Notes: generated by a model from the letters alone, not told the origin. A stretch of 63,959 bases of DNA from Eledone cirrhosa (GCA_964016885.1 OZ024742.1:265484001-265547959); one strand, 5' to 3'. Numbered from the stretch's first letter, positions 39,459 to 56,242 are shown. A program made the numbers and translations.

Positions 39459-40358
39459 CAGAGGGAAAGAAAGAAAGAAAGAACGAAAGAACGAGAAATG
39501 GAGATCTTTATGATTTCATTCGAATGAAACAGCGCTGGTTTTGTAGGAATCATTTCTATGTAAAACAAGTATACTTATTCTCTACTAATGTAGTAAGCAC
39601 CTTATTTAACTGAGCTTTTAGCCCGATCCCCTTCGGAATACCATCTTTAATTATATATGTATAGTTGTTAGTCCGAATCAGTAACAAGCACAAAATACTT
39701 TTCACACACACACACATACACATACAAATACTGACATACTTAAAAGAGCACACATGCACGCATGCCAACTTATACATATACAAATGGAAATATAAAAAGA
39801 CATTTTAATATACATTTGCAAACACTCACTCGCACACACATGCAAAATCACAGGCAAACAAAAACGCTAAACAGACATATTCAGAGAAACAGACACGCAC
39901 ACACACACATTTATACACGTATACGCGTGTCAAGAATATCCCCGTTAGGCGTTACGTAGCCACTACGACGCTATCTGTCAAAAGTCTGAAGACTCAGTGA
40001 GGTTGCTATGGGAAATGAAGCCGCCAGCGTGGCGCACACCACCACATTCACCAGACCGTAGATATAGTCAATAGAACGCGTGTACACTGATGTGTCTGTC
40101 ATTGTTTCAAGCATGTATATGTATACACACACACATATGTATATTGAGAGAGGAGAGAGAGTGAGAGAGAAAGCGGGGGAGGAGGAGGGAGCAGGTACAG
40201 CATGTGATTGTGGAACAGTGAGGTGACCATGGCATGCTTGCTATAAGAACAGAGAACGGTCATTATGCGACAAGACATGTGAAAATATGTATATTTATGG
40301 GTGCACATTTAGGTTAAATTATAGATGTCATGATTATACACACACACACACACACACA

Positions 40359-40396
<38 letters not shown>

Positions 40397-40657
40397 CTTA
40401 TCTTATGATGTTTACCAATGGATAGAACTAGCGATTTCAGTCCGGCCTTCTGTTGTTTTTAATGAGTAACATGTGAATTTCTAATTAAACATTATACTAT
40501 ATTATAGTAAATAAACTGCAAAAGGATATATGTGGTTGCAAGTTCGTATCGTTCTCCTGTCATTAAAATAAACGTTTACCTTTAATTATGTATGTAGCTA
40601 TATTGCAATTATAGTGTGATTTTTTTTCTTCACTCAGCATATTCAGAATTCAAGACA

Positions 40658-41120
40658 TCTAAACTATAATAAAGGGAGGAGCGCGGGACTGTGTACGGTT
40701 TATAATTTGTTATCCCATTAGTAAAATAAGTTGCATTACTTTGAATAAATAAGAATGAATATTACATAATTTATCTACTAAATTTCGTGGCTGTTCATTA
40801 AATATATTTTGTTTATTTAAAGATTCACTTGTTTAAAATTTCTGAAATGTCAACACTTCCGGTTGGCGATCGCTTAAATAAACATACTAATTTTCTGTCA
40901 CTAATTTTCTCCTAATGCAGTTTATATATAATATCGTCTTTTTTAACGTATCATGGATTACGTTACTGATTAAATAAGACTGTAACGCAGTCTTCGTTCA
41001 ATTTCTATGTATTATATATCGTCAATTACGATTTTATTTGATGTATCATATCTACATGTATATATAATTGCGTATAATATCAATATACACACTACACATG
41101 CTAGCAGATTTTTCTGCTAG
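40658..41120 (+). mobile_element. Non-autonomous Helitron-like element
   Basis: a|TCtaaactataataaag start; ctagcaga/tctgCTAG|t end. Shares aaatgtcaacacttccggtt with the 31051 element and its 3' part with the 1952 element. Confidence 0.75.
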
Positions 41121-41193
41121 TCTGCCAGATGAACTTTCGCCCTATAGCATTTGTTGAATCATATAATCAGTGCACACAATTCTTTTCCTCCTT

Positions 41194-41256
<63 letters not shown>

Positions 41257-41269
41257 ATATATATGTATA

Positions 41270-41507
41270 CAGAGGAGACTGAGGTTGACTGGACATGCTC
41301 ACCCACATCCAGAGTTGACACTGCACTCAGTGCTCCTGTGGGAGGCCCTGCATGGACACACTGGAAGAGGAAGAAGGAAATTAACATATGTTGATGCCCT
41401 AAAGACAGACATTGGTCTGTTGGAGGCGCAGATCATGGCAGCGATAATGAGGGACATAGACCGCTGGGGAGAACTGGTCCATGCATCTCGGGAATTTTAC
41501 CAGCCCT

Positions 41508-41510
<3 letters not shown>
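41270..41510 (+). mobile_element. RTE-like LINE 3' fragment
   Basis: [30 protein letters not shown]; homologous to 47505-47655. Confidence 0.8.
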
Positions 41511-41565
<55 letters not shown>

Positions 41566-41958
41566 TTATACGTATATATATATACATATATATGTATATA
41601 TATGTATACTTACATATATATATATATACATATATATGTGTATATATATATATATTTATACGTATATATATATACATATATATGTATATATATGTATACT
41701 TACATATATATATATATACATATATATGTGTATATATATATATATATTTATACGTATATATATATGCATATATATGTTTATATATGTATACTTACATATA
41801 TATATATATACATATATATGTGTATATATATATATATTTATACGTATATATATATACATATATATGTATATATATGTATACTTATATATATATATACATA
41901 TATATGTGTATATATATGTATACTTACATATATATATATACATATATATATGTATACT

Positions 41959-42001
<43 letters not shown>

Positions 42002-42017
42002 ATATATATGTATACTT

Positions 42018-42051
<34 letters not shown>

Positions 42052-42066
42052 ATATATATGTATACT

Positions 42067-42105
<39 letters not shown>

Positions 42106-42163
42106 ACTTATACACATATATATATATATATATGTATACTTACATATATATATAATATATATA

Positions 42164-42205
<42 letters not shown>

Positions 42206-42268
42206 GTATACTTACATATATATATATATATATGTGTGTATATATATATGTATACTTACATATATATA
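41511..42268. repeat. Interrupted (TA)n array (TGTATACTTACA and related units)
   Basis: Direct reading; source of YIYI ORFs. Confidence 0.95.
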
Positions 42269-42269
42269 A

Positions 42270-44077
42270 CTTTGATAGGTTTCGGCCAGTATTGGCCCAG
42301 GCCATGTCTAACTTAATAGCACCACCTGAAGAAGTCTTACAAATCAGTGTTTGGGCACCATGGCCCACTCGAGCAAAGAGTTACTGTTTACGGAGCATAT
42401 CCGGGTGTAGGAGGCTTATCCGGTATTTCTTGAAGGAATTTATCCAAAGACTTCTTGAACTTGATGGGGTCTGTCTCTGCTTTGATGTGTCTTGGTGTAA
42501 TGTTACAGAGTGCAGGGCCAATTGAGGTGAAATAATTGTGCCGTATTGTTGTTATGTGATGCGAGTGGGATTTTTGTCGTGGGCGGATAGCACGGAGTGC
42601 ACACAAAAGGTGATGCCAACATCATTTGGGCTAAGCTGATGGAATATTTTCCACATCATACAGATAATGTAGCGCTCACGGTGACGTTGGAGAGAATAAA
42701 GGTTGAGCTTTTCTAATCGACTCCAATAGTCAAGGCCTGTCATGCCAACTATCTTTTTTGTAATTGACCTTTGGGGTGCTTCAACTTTCATGATACTTTG
42801 TTTCGTGTGGGCTGACCACAGTGGACAACAGTATTCAAGGTGGCGTCGGGCAAAAGGGGAGAAGAGAAGGACAACAGTGTGGAGATCTCTCGACTGGAAA
42901 GTTCTGAGAATTCAGGAACACATTCTGCGGGCCATATCAACTTTGCTGTTTATATGAGTGGCCCAGCTTATATTGTTGTCCTCAATTACTCCCAGGTCTC
43001 TGATGTTATTGGAAGCCACTAGAGTTTCACCCGAAGGAAGAGAGTATGGTAATTTCAGGGCATCCTTTTTTTCCAAAGTGGATTAGTTTGAATTTATCCT
43101 CATTCAACAGCATATTATTCATCTCTGCCCATTGGATAACAGCTAGTAGGTCTGACTGAAGGCAAGTCCGGTCACCCACCTCATTTATGACCCTTTGGAG
43201 CTTGGAATCATCTGCGAAGATTCTGGTGTTACTGTGTTTGATGATGTCAGTAATGTCATTAATGTAGATGATGAAAAGAAGTGGGCCCAACACAGTCCCT
43301 TGTGGGACGCCACTGCTGACTTTGGCAGGGCTTGATTTTACTCCTTCGACTACAACATGCTGGGTTCTGCCTGTCAGGAAACATTTGATCCACTGTAGTA
43401 ACCTTCCAAAGACACCAACATTGGATAGTTTTTTCAGTAGAATCTTATGATCAACCCTGTCGAAGGCTTTGCTGAAATCAAGGTAGATGACATCAGTGTT
43501 GGAGCCCTCTCCCAAGGCTCTCAAAACATCGTCAAAGTGATGCAAGAGCTGCGTTAGGCAGTCCCTTCAATTACGGAATCCATGTTAGTTGGAGTTCAGC
43601 AGGCCGTTGCTTTCAAGAAAGTGGGTTATTCGTGATCTCACCACCCTCTCAAATACCTTGATAATATGAGAAGTGAGTGACATCGGACGGTAGTTCACTG
43701 CTTGGGACGTATTTCCCTTTTTGAAGACGGGGGAAACGGACTGAGACAGAAAGTCTTCAGGAATATAGCCAGTGTCCAGTGAGTTCCTCCACAGATTAGC
43801 AAGAGGAGTTGCAAGTTGGTGTCGACACACCTTCAGGACACAAGCAGGGAACCTATCGGAGGCCTACTGTTGAATTGTGTTTAATTTCGTTTATTAGCGC
43901 TAAGACATCAGGGGCGCCAAACGATATAGTGTGTTGGGGGTTAATATCACTGATACGGCCGGGATCGGCCACGTTAGGGTTACTGAAAACAGAGCAGTAT
44001 TGTTTCTGCAGTATCTAACCCATGGTTTTGGCATTGTCCTGGTATGTGCTATTTTCATCAACTTGGGGGCCAACAGT

Positions 44078-44078
<1 letters not shown>
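42270..44078 (-). mobile_element. CR1/L2-type LINE RT region and 3' end
   Basis: NYRPMSLTS, YLDFSKAFDRVDH, SGVPQGTVLGPLLFIIYIND, IFADDSK, LNLYSLQRHRERY; frameshifted. Confidence 0.92.
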
Positions 44079-44117
<39 letters not shown>

Positions 44118-44130
44118 ACTGTTGGCCCCC

Positions 44131-44167
<37 letters not shown>

Positions 44168-44631
44168 CACTGTTGGCCCCCATATATATACGTATGGTGG
44201 CTACCAACTCGTTTTCGAGTACGGCCACTACTTTATATCCATGTAGGAGAGCCCCTACCGATGCGCTGAACGAGTGTGACTTTTTAGTCCAGCCAGCAAC
44301 TTGAAAACTCTGGTACAAACACTACACTTGTGACAATTATTGACACATAGTGCTGGGCCCATGGTACCATGAGACGACAAGTGCAGAGAGATCTCCAGAT
44401 ATAAAGCAATGCCTGTGCTGTGAAGCTTTTATAGTGAGCAAAGGCACTGCACAAAGCCAGTCCCACTCTCTTAACCAAGATGATATTTAGCAAAAAGAAG
44501 AACAAGTCAACATCATTGGAAACCATCAGGGTTGCAGGTGTTATATCAGAGTTTTCCTTCTCCTAGAATTCTGCCTTGACAATATATATATGTATATATA
44601 TGTATATACATATATATACATATATATATAC

Positions 44632-44680
<49 letters not shown>

Positions 44681-44683
<3 letters not shown>

Positions 44684-44944
44684 TTAATAATAAAATTGAA
44701 GACTAAAATCCAAAGAGGGCTCGATAAGGATAAATATATATCAAATATATAAGAACCGTAGAGCAAATATTTATTAAAATAACAGATTAAAGTTTAAGCA
44801 AAGAATCGCTGCTTTCACCCTTAACGAGATCCCGTTAAGAGTGAAAGCAGCGATTCTTTGCTTAAACTTTAATCTGTTATTTTAATAAATACATATATAT
44901 ATATATATGTATACTTACATATGTATATATATATATGTATACTT

Positions 44945-44990
<46 letters not shown>

Positions 44991-46465
44991 ACATTGTCTA
45001 CAAATGTAAGGTTGTAACACCCACGTCCCGTAGGGCCTACAAAGGGTTAACCGCCAATAGTTTCAAGCAGCGTCTTTACATGCATGCCCATTCTTTTCGT
45101 TACCCTCTAAGAAGGAATATGACGTCACTTTCAGCTTATATCTGGAGTCTAAAAGACAACCATACCCAATATAAGTTACACTGGGAGATCCTAGCTAGGG
45201 CTAGATCGCATAACGGAAATAAAAGACCATGTAACCTCTGCGCCGCTGAGGCCCTGGAAATACTCTACCGCACAGACCACATCTTAAAGAAAAAATCTGA
45301 GGCAATTTCGGGTTGTAAACATAAATTGCACAAAACTTTCCTGTATTACAGCCCCACGTTATACCCTAACGGATAGTACGATCTATAGGTGGATATTTTA
45401 CGTCCTGGTGTGGGAGCTAAGTATATGTTTTGTTTATTCCTTTACTTATTTGCATAGGTAAGTATATATTACCTGTACTGTTTTGTGAAGGTTGTATACC
45501 TTCTCGTACGTATATTTGATTGTTATGGCGTATAATTTTATATATTCTGGTATTTAGGGTTTGGCTATGTGTATACGAGAGTTTTGCGTTTCCGTGAGTA
45601 TGCAGGTTCGTACGAATGGTGGGTGTGTGTATATGTGTACTTCTTGTTTTAGTTGACTTACGTCTCCGAACATTCGTGTATTTATATGTAGGTATGTGTG
45701 TGCGCTTGTTATATACGTATTTATTTACTTATATACGTTTATATAATTATTTATTTATTTGTACACAAGCATACACACACACACACACATATTTATATGT
45801 GCGTGGTTGTATACCTATGGTAAGGTTTTGCGTATGCTTGTGTATGTACGTATTTGTTTGCGTGTATGTATTTATTTATTTCTATTACCTCTGTATTGTA
45901 TTTATTTACTTTGTTCTTAACTCTGTAGCGGAGGTTCATTTTGTCTCCTAGTTAGAATTTTAGTCTACGACTTCTGCTATCCCATTTCCGTGGTTTTGTC
46001 TTTGCGTGCTATTGTTCTCCACGCTCCACATATGACTTATTATCTTCGTTTTTTCGTTCATTGCCAGAGAACGTCTCTATGCACCACCTAAGAGGACATT
46101 AGTCTCCGACCTCTGTTATACCTAAACGTGGTTCTGTCTTTGCGCGTAATTGTTTTTCACCGCTCCTTTTAATGACGTATTATTCGTTTTTTCCCGTTCT
46201 TTGCCAGCGACGTTACCACGAACCAAAGTATCGTCTTCCTGTCTTCCTCCGGTTGCAACGTTTTTTAAAATATCCAGTTCTGCGTTTACAGATTGACTTT
46301 GTTATTTTCAGAAGATCCCGTTAAGGGTGAAAGCAGCGATTCTTTGCTTAAACTTTAATCTGTTATTTTAATAAATATTTGCTCTACGGTTCTTATATAT
46401 TTGATATATATTTATCCTTATCGAGCCCTCTTTGGATTTTAGTCTTCAAATTTATTTTTATTACT
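44681..46465 (+). mobile_element. PLE with inverted 5' pLTR piece, GIY-YIG fragment (44988-45376) and 3' pLTR
   Basis: IVY...YKGLTANSFKQRLYMH...LSAYIWSLK...CNLC..E..C-K-H. 44681-44826 is the reverse complement of 46318-46465. Degenerate HHR CAGAAGA-tcccgttaagggt-GAAA at 46309-46353. Confidence 0.85.
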
Positions 46466-47310
<845 letters not shown>

Positions 47311-47329
47311 ATGTATACATATATATGTA

Positions 47330-47655
47330 TTCTCTACCAGATATTTTGTTTTAGTCTCATTCATTCTCAGCCTCACACTCATCGACACAGTCTCAACCTC
47401 CAGCATCAGATCCTCTGCCTTCCTTCACCGTATTTGTCACCAAAACTATGTCGTCGGCAAATTCAGCATCCGATACCTTTTTCGCCCTAACTCTCCTGCT
47501 CTAGATACACTAGAAGAGGAAGACCAAGGTTAACGTATGTTGATGCCCTAAGGACAGACACTGGTCTGTTGGAGACGCAGGACATGGCAGCGATAATGAG
47601 GGACAGAGACCGCTGGAGAGAAATCATCCATGGATATTGGGAATTTTACCCGCCT
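47330..47655. mobile_element. RTE-like LINE with 5' inversion
   Basis: 47330-47495 minus encodes DAEFADD...MNETKTKY; 47505-47655 plus encodes RGRPRLTYVDALRTD. Confidence 0.75.
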
Positions 47656-48094
47656 TAGATAGATATATATGTATACTTACATATATATATATATATGTAA
47701 GTATAGTTATAATAATAATATATACGTATGTGTGTGTGAGTATATGTGTGTGTGTGTGTTCGTGGGTATGTGTATGTTTGTGTATATATGCGTGTATGTA
47801 TATGTGTGTATATATGAGTGTATATATGTATGTATACGTATGTGTATTTTGTCTGTGGACTATAAACATACAGAGACATTAGCCCTGAATTTTTGTATTT
47901 ACATACACTTTTTCGACATGCGTATGCATGTGAACATACATTTTTACGCATATCTGTGAACGAAGTTACTTGCATATATACACACACCTAACTGTATTTT
48001 CTTGATGTATTTTTATGTATTTCATTGGTCTATTTAAAATCTGTTCCCAAACAGACCTGTAATTTTGAATTGTTGTTATTATCAATAAATATAC

Positions 48095-48247
48095 TTCATT
48101 ATTTCTGAAGACGGCATATGTATGTGTTGGTATGTATATTCTATTTGATAGTTTGTATAATTTTGTATAATTTTGTACATAGATCTTTTGAATATGCATG
48201 CCAATTCTAACACATATATGTCCTAGAAACGATCGTTAAATAATGAA
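48095..48247 (+). ncRNA. Type I hammerhead with greatly extended stem II
   Basis: ttcattattt-CTGAAGA-(114 nt)-GAAA-cgatcg-TT-aaataatgaa; a related copy lies at 54906-55034 (-). Confidence 0.75.
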
Positions 48248-48439
48248 CTTTTTTTGTTTAATATAAGGAACTGTTTCATTGTTTTATTCATTATTTTTTT
48301 AATATTTTATCTTGACTCTGTATTCCGTTTATCTTTCACCGAAAGTGATTTTTGAATGCATCTCTTCTTTCCATATCCGGATTACATTGAGTTCTTCATA
48401 CGGATTGGACACTACCGTAAACTTTTGGTAGATTTATCT

Positions 48440-48489
48440 ACATATATATATATATATATACTTACATATATATATATATATATATATTT

Positions 48490-48572
<83 letters not shown>

Positions 48573-48601
48573 CATATATATATATATATATATATATACT
48601 T

Positions 48602-48640
<39 letters not shown>

Positions 48641-48904
48641 TAAACGGAATAGAAAATGCTGACAAATTGTTCACAGTTGAAAAATGGGTTAATTAGGAAT
48701 AAAAGAGTATTAGTGATTGTATGGGTTAGTATTCAGTTGTGGTTTTAAGTTTTTAAGTTTTTACCGGTTGCGCATTTCTAGATGCTTTTCAAAAATAATT
48801 TTGAGATAGAGTGTCCGTGCTGTTTGTATACTTACATACATATATATATACTTACATACATATATATATGCTTACATACATATATATATATATATACATA
48901 TACT

Positions 48905-48938
<34 letters not shown>

Positions 48939-49268
48939 TACATATATATATATATATATATATACTTACATATATATATATATACTTACATATATATAAA
49001 TATATATACTTACATATATATAAATATATATACTTACATATATATATATATATATACTTACATATATATATATATATATACTTACATATATATATATATA
49101 TATATACTTACAGATATATATATATATATACTTACATATATATATATATATATATACTTACATATATATATACTTACATATATATATATATATATATACT
49201 TACATATATATATATATATATACTTACATATATATATATATACTTACATATATATATATATATATACT

Positions 49269-49326
<58 letters not shown>

Positions 49327-49520
49327 GGGAAAAGTGGTAAGGAACCAGGTGGACCATAACGCACCAAAGTACTCAATACTTAGGGTAGTAGAGTGGGTAA
49401 TAGGAGTAAGTAAGACCCCGACGGCTAGTTCTATACAGAATTAGCCGTCGAAACGGCTTGAGCTCAGCCGTCGGGGTCTTACTTACTCCTATATATATAT
49501 ATATATATATATATATGTAA

Positions 49521-49562
<42 letters not shown>

Positions 49563-49563
49563 T

Positions 49564-49618
<55 letters not shown>

Positions 49619-49619
49619 T

Positions 49620-49660
<41 letters not shown>

Positions 49661-49774
49661 TTACATATATATATATATTATATATATTTACACATATATA
49701 TATATATATATATATATACTTACATATATATATATATATATATATATACTTACATATATATATATATATATACT

Positions 49775-49829
<55 letters not shown>

Positions 49830-49830
49830 T

Positions 49831-49895
<65 letters not shown>

Positions 49896-49896
49896 T

Positions 49897-49959
<63 letters not shown>

Positions 49960-50317
49960 TTACATATATATATATATATATATATACTTACATATATATA
50001 TATATATATATATACTTACATATATATATATATATATATACGTATATATATATATATATATACTTACATATATATATACTTACATACATATATTACATAT
50101 ATATATACTTACATACATATATATATATACTTACATATATATATACTTACATACATATATATATACTTACATACATATATATATGCTTACATACATATAT
50201 ATATATACTTACATATATATATATATATACTTACATATATATATATATACTTACATATATATATATATACTTACATATATATATATATATATATCTATTC
50301 TTACATATATATATATT

Positions 50318-50348
<31 letters not shown>

Positions 50349-50471
50349 GTATTCTTACATATATATATATATTTATATATATATATATATATATGTATTC
50401 TTACATATATATATATATTTATATATATATGTATATATATATATATGTATTCTTACATATATATATATATT

Positions 50472-50512
<41 letters not shown>

Positions 50513-50615
50513 GTATATATATGTATATATATGTATATACATGTATATATATATATATATATGTATATATATGTATATATATATATATGCATATATATGT
50601 ATATATAAATATATG

Positions 50616-50648
<33 letters not shown>

Positions 50649-50780
50649 GTATATATATATGTATATATATTATGTATATATATATGTATATATGTATATA
50701 TATATGTATATATATATGTATATATATATATATATATATATAAATTATATATGTGTGTGTGTGTATATATATATATAATA
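48440..50780. repeat. Interrupted (TA)n array, mainly CTTACA(TA)n, with short unique inserts (48637-48825, 49324-49491)
   Basis: Direct reading; 48637-48751 recurs at 63846-63959. Confidence 0.95.
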
Positions 50781-52535
50781 AAGCTCTTTCTGTATCTGGT
50801 TATGAACAATCAATTTATTACATACCTAAATGCCATAACACAGCAATTAACCATAATAAACTTAACACTAGAACTAGAAATACCTTAGCATATAGCCAGA
50901 TTCGCCGGAATTTTAGCAGTAACAGCACCTATACAGGGAAAGTTTAATGGTGGCAGCAGCCTGCTCCCCACTCCAAGTAGCAAACTAAAAATCAACCCTA
51001 GAAATAGGAATGAGAAATGTGATGACAAATAACAAATCCCCAGGTAATAACAACCCTAGGAATGCCCCTACCAACTCCACTAGAACCCCTAGAAGGAATA
51101 GACCTAGAAATATCACCTGGCTTAACCCGCCATTCTCATCTAATCTAGCCACTAATATCCCTAACCGCTTCTTCTACATCCTATCTAAACATCCCCCCCT
51201 CCCCCAACCATAGATATTACAAACTCTTTAATAAAAAATAACATTAAAATCTCACTCTCCACAACACCTAACCTAGCTAGCCACATCGCATTCAGTAACC
51301 ATCATAAACTAAGACAGTATAACTCCCACACCGCGGTACCACCACCCCTATCAAATACACACGCCACTACACCAATAATTACTCTAGTAGCACACCTCCC
51401 CCATCTAATCTTCTAGCACTGACCAACTGCTTAGGTTAAAATAACCCTACTCTCACTAACCGCAGAAGCAACTGCAACTGCCGTTATCTAATGCATGCCC
51501 ATTAAATGGACACTGCCTGACACCCCAACAGAGTCTATAGGTGCACGGTTTAAAACTGCTTCGAATACCAGCTCTTATATCGGATCTACCTCTAACCCGT
51601 TTAAGGTACGTTATAACGCGCACTCTTTTTTCCTTCCGAGACCCTAGCAACAGATGTTCGACATCGCTAGCTAGGCTCATTAAAAACCTTAAATTAAGCA
51701 ACGTTCAACACTCACTAAAATGGGATATCGTAGCTAGGGCCCAATCGTTCAATGGACGAAGAAAATCTTGTGATCTCTGTATTACAGAAGCATATTACAT
51801 AACTCTATCACGTCCTCTACCGATTAACGATAGAGCGGAGGTAAATATTAGCTGTCAACATCGAAGAGCTAATTCCTTCGCCAATAGAATATTTGACCCA
51901 ACTTAGTCATCTAGCCCCATTTTTACTTGTAGCTAATAAGTTAAATAGCTATGACTAAATTAGATAATTATAAGTTACCTCCCCTACATTGTCTCTCAAT
52001 TAAAAAATTTAAAAATTAGCACTTAGCTATAAACTACCCACAATTTCTAATCTCTCGAGGAGTTACTTCCCCTGAAACCATCCTCTAATTAGTAAGGTAA
52101 ATATGTCCTTTGGCAGCCATCTTGTTACCCATAGGCAGATCTCACACAATGCAGACTCGACAGATGAATATTGCTTGCTTATGGCTGACAACTGATGCAA
52201 CCAAGACACCATAGTGAAAAACCAATATATGGAACATTACATTATGTAACATTCTTTCCTTATTTTAATTTATATTCCTTTGAAGTTCCGATAAGCCGCT
52301 CTGTTTTTAAATATGTTAATTATTTTCAACTGAACCAGATAAATTATGATATATAGTCATCTGATCCAGAAATATTATATGGAGTAGCGAACAGTTGTAA
52401 ACGGACATTATTATTATTAATATTATTATTATTATTCTCTACATTCCTTACATCAAACTAAAATATGTTGACAATCTTTGAATAATGTCTTCCTCGTGAA
52501 ATTTGTGGTCTTGTTTTGCTTAACTAATGAATATA
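50780..52535 (+). mobile_element. Penelope-like element, decayed (RT thumb, linker, GIY-YIG)
   Basis: RNITWLNPPFSSNLATNIP, CNCR..CPLNGHCL, KWDIVARA..CDLCITE..C-Q-H; frameshifts. Confidence 0.85.
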
Positions 52536-52538
52536 CTT

Positions 52539-52539
<1 letters not shown>

Positions 52540-52606
<67 letters not shown>

Positions 52607-52746
52607 AGTATATATATCTATATATATATATAAGTATATATATCTATATATATATGTAAGTATATATATCTATATATATATGTATGTATATATATCTATA
52701 TATATAGATATGTATGTATATATATCTATATATATATATATGTATA

Positions 52747-52791
<45 letters not shown>

Positions 52792-52796
52792 GTATG

Positions 52797-52829
<33 letters not shown>

Positions 52830-53137
52830 GTATGTATATATATATATATTTATATATATATATGTTTATATATATATATGTATGTATATATATATATATA
52901 TATTATATATATATATATATGTATGTATATATATATATGTATGTATATATATATATATATGTATGTATACATATATATATATATATTATGTATGTATATA
53001 TAGTATGTATTGTATATATACATACATATATATATATATATAGATATATATACTTACATATATATATATGCTTACACACACACACACACATATATATATA
53101 CTTACACACATATATATATATATACATATATATACTT

Positions 53138-53183
<46 letters not shown>

Positions 53184-53255
53184 TTACATATATATATACT
53201 TACACATATATATATATATATGTATACATATTTATATATATATATATATATACAT
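52540..53255. repeat. Interrupted (TA)n array
   Basis: Direct reading. Confidence 0.95.
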
Positions 53256-54061
53256 AAATCACCATCGAACTTCCTGAACTTTAAACCAAATTAACTCCAT
53301 TCTCTACTCCTTATTCCTTTTTATACTTTTATCACTTATTACGATATCAAATTATCACAAGCTTCATAATTACGTAAGAATAACTTAAAAACATTTGTGT
53401 TAACATCATTATTTCTATTTGTATTTACAACATTTATTATCTTACAAATACACACCTTTCACCATTTGTTTTTTGTATTTCTCCACTTAAACATACTTTA
53501 TCTCGATAATTTTACATAGTAATGTATATTCGTCCGTATGTTTATTTTCTTTTCTCTCTTCTTCATATCCCCATATTCACGATTCATTTCTATCCTCCTC
53601 TGCTCCCTCATCCCTCTTAATCTTCCTCTATTTCTTTCTCAGCTTCCTTGCTTATCCTTCCTCTTTGCCTATGCTATATCATCCCCTTCTCTCTTTCTAT
53701 ATATATCTGTATTATTATTAAAATGATATTTGTTTTGATGTGATAGTTTGATTTCGTAACTTTTGCCGGTTATACATTTAACTATATGTTCGTTCCTTCT
53801 TTCGTCATTTTATTTCTTTCTCTCTCATTTCCATCTGCACCCCTTCCTTTATTATTTATCATTAATACTATTATTGATGTAGTAATTTGAATTTTTAAGT
53901 TTACCGTTACGCATATATTTAATATTTCTTAATAGTCTCTGATGAAATGATTAACTTGGATGTATTGTAAATTGAGTTTAAATGTCTCCAGTATTTAGCA
54001 ATTTATAGACAATTCTATCATGGAAAGAATTGTAAGACTGTCAACCATGTTATTCTTCACT

Positions 54062-54063
54062 TT

Positions 54064-54097
<34 letters not shown>

Positions 54098-54105
54098 ATT
54101 TATAT

Positions 54106-54151
<46 letters not shown>

Positions 54152-54850
54152 AATATATATATATATATACATATTTATATATATATATATATACATATTT
54201 ATATATATATATATATACAATATTTATATATATATAATATACATATTTATATATATATATATACATATTATATATATATATACATATTTATATATATATA
54301 TACATATTTATATATATATATACATATTTATATATATATACATATTTATATATATATACATATTTATATATATATATACATATTTATATATATATATATA
54401 CATATTTATATATATATATACATATTTTATATATATATATACATATTTATATATATATATATATACATATTTATATATAATATATATTCATATATGCATA
54501 TTTATATATATGTATACATATATAGATATTCATATATATAGAGCCATATATGCATATTTATATATATATACATATATAGATATTCATATATATATAGAGC
54601 CATATATGCATATTTATATATATATATACATATATGCATATTTATATATATACATATATGCATATTTATATATATACATACATATATACATATTTATATA
54701 TATACATATATGCATATTTATATATATATATACATATATACATATTTATATATATATATACATATATACATATTTATATATACATATACATATATACATA
54801 TTTATATATACATATATACATATTTATATATATATACATATATACATATT
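54062..54850. repeat. Interrupted (TA)n array, CATATT(TA)n unit (also 55271-55470 and 57213-58120)
   Basis: Direct reading. Confidence 0.95.
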
Positions 54851-54852
54851 TA

Positions 54853-55270
54853 TAAAATATTAAACAAATAATGAATAAACAATTCCTTATATTAAACAAA
54901 AAAAGTTCATTATTTAACGATCGTTTCTAGGATATATATGTGTTAGAGTTGGCATGCATATTCAACAGATCTATGTACAAAATTATACAAAATTAATACA
55001 AACTATCAAGATTAAATATACATACCAACACATATATACGCCGTCTTCAGAAATATATCCTAGAAACGATCGTTAAATAATGAACTTTTTTTGTTTAATA
55101 TAAGGAATTGTTTATTCATTATTTGTTTAATATTTTATCTTGACTCTGTATACGTTTATCTTTCACCGAAAGTGATTTTTCATTACATTTCTTCTTTCCA
55201 TGATATCCGGAATACATTGAGTTCTTCATACGGATTGGACACTACCGTAAACTCTTGGTAGATTTATCTA
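54853..55270. mobile_element. Fold-back PLE pLTR, same family as 48095-48440
   Basis: 54853-55034 minus and 55034-55270 plus both match 48101-48440. Confidence 0.85.
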
Positions 55271-55543
55271 CATATTTATATATATATATATATATACATA
55301 TTTATATATATATATACATATATACATATTTATATATATATATATATATATACATATATACATATTTATATATATATACATATTTATATATATATACATA
55401 TTTATATATATATATATATATACATATTTATATATTTACATATTTATATATATATATACATATTTATATACGTAGGTCCCGGTTTGAGTCGGGGATAACC
55501 ACAGTAAGTAAGGTACTCAATACATAGCAGAGTAAAATATATT

Positions 55544-55819
55544 TATTGTATAGAAGGAGCTTCTACAGGACTAGAACCGTTTCATTCAGATGAAATCTTC
55601 AGGAAGCTGGGTGTCATATTAAGTTCTGGTATTTATACATTTAGGTAGTGGTAATGGGGGGGGGGCTGGTGGGCGGGGATTTTTGGGGTAGGTTGGTATT
55701 TAGATACACAGGACCATAACATGGCACAGACCGTTTTTTCTTTGGGAGTGGTCAATTAGCCGGAGTGCTTTTGTAAAATAAAAAGAAAAAGAAAAGAAAA
55801 AGAAAAAGAAAAAAAAAAG

Positions 55820-55854
<35 letters not shown>

Positions 55855-56149
55855 ATGGATAAATAAATAAATAAATAAATAAATAAAAACCCCAAGAATA
55901 GTAATTCAACAGATATATAGTAGGGAAATTTTTTGAGGTGGGTTGGTATTAGAAGATAAACAAGACGAATCATGGCACAGACCGTTGTTCTATGGTGAGT
56001 GGTCAAGTTAACATACAAGCTACAGGTGGCCAGGGTGTTTTTCTAGAATGAAAAGAATAAAATATATTTACATATTCACAGCCACATACATAAACACTTA
56101 CACACACATATATATATCTATAGATATATACACACACAAAAAAGCACAT

Positions 56150-56191
<42 letters not shown>

Positions 56192-56211
56192 ACACACACA
56201 TATACATACAC

Positions 56212-56242
<31 letters not shown>

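Noticed and set aside
48830-50300. CRISPR-like or telomeric array
   Set aside because: Spacers are just variable-length (TA)n, the context is eukaryotic, and there are no TTAGGG runs.
53931-54012. gtct-CTGATGA...agac possible HHR
   Set aside because: No GAAA or stem III; too decayed to call.
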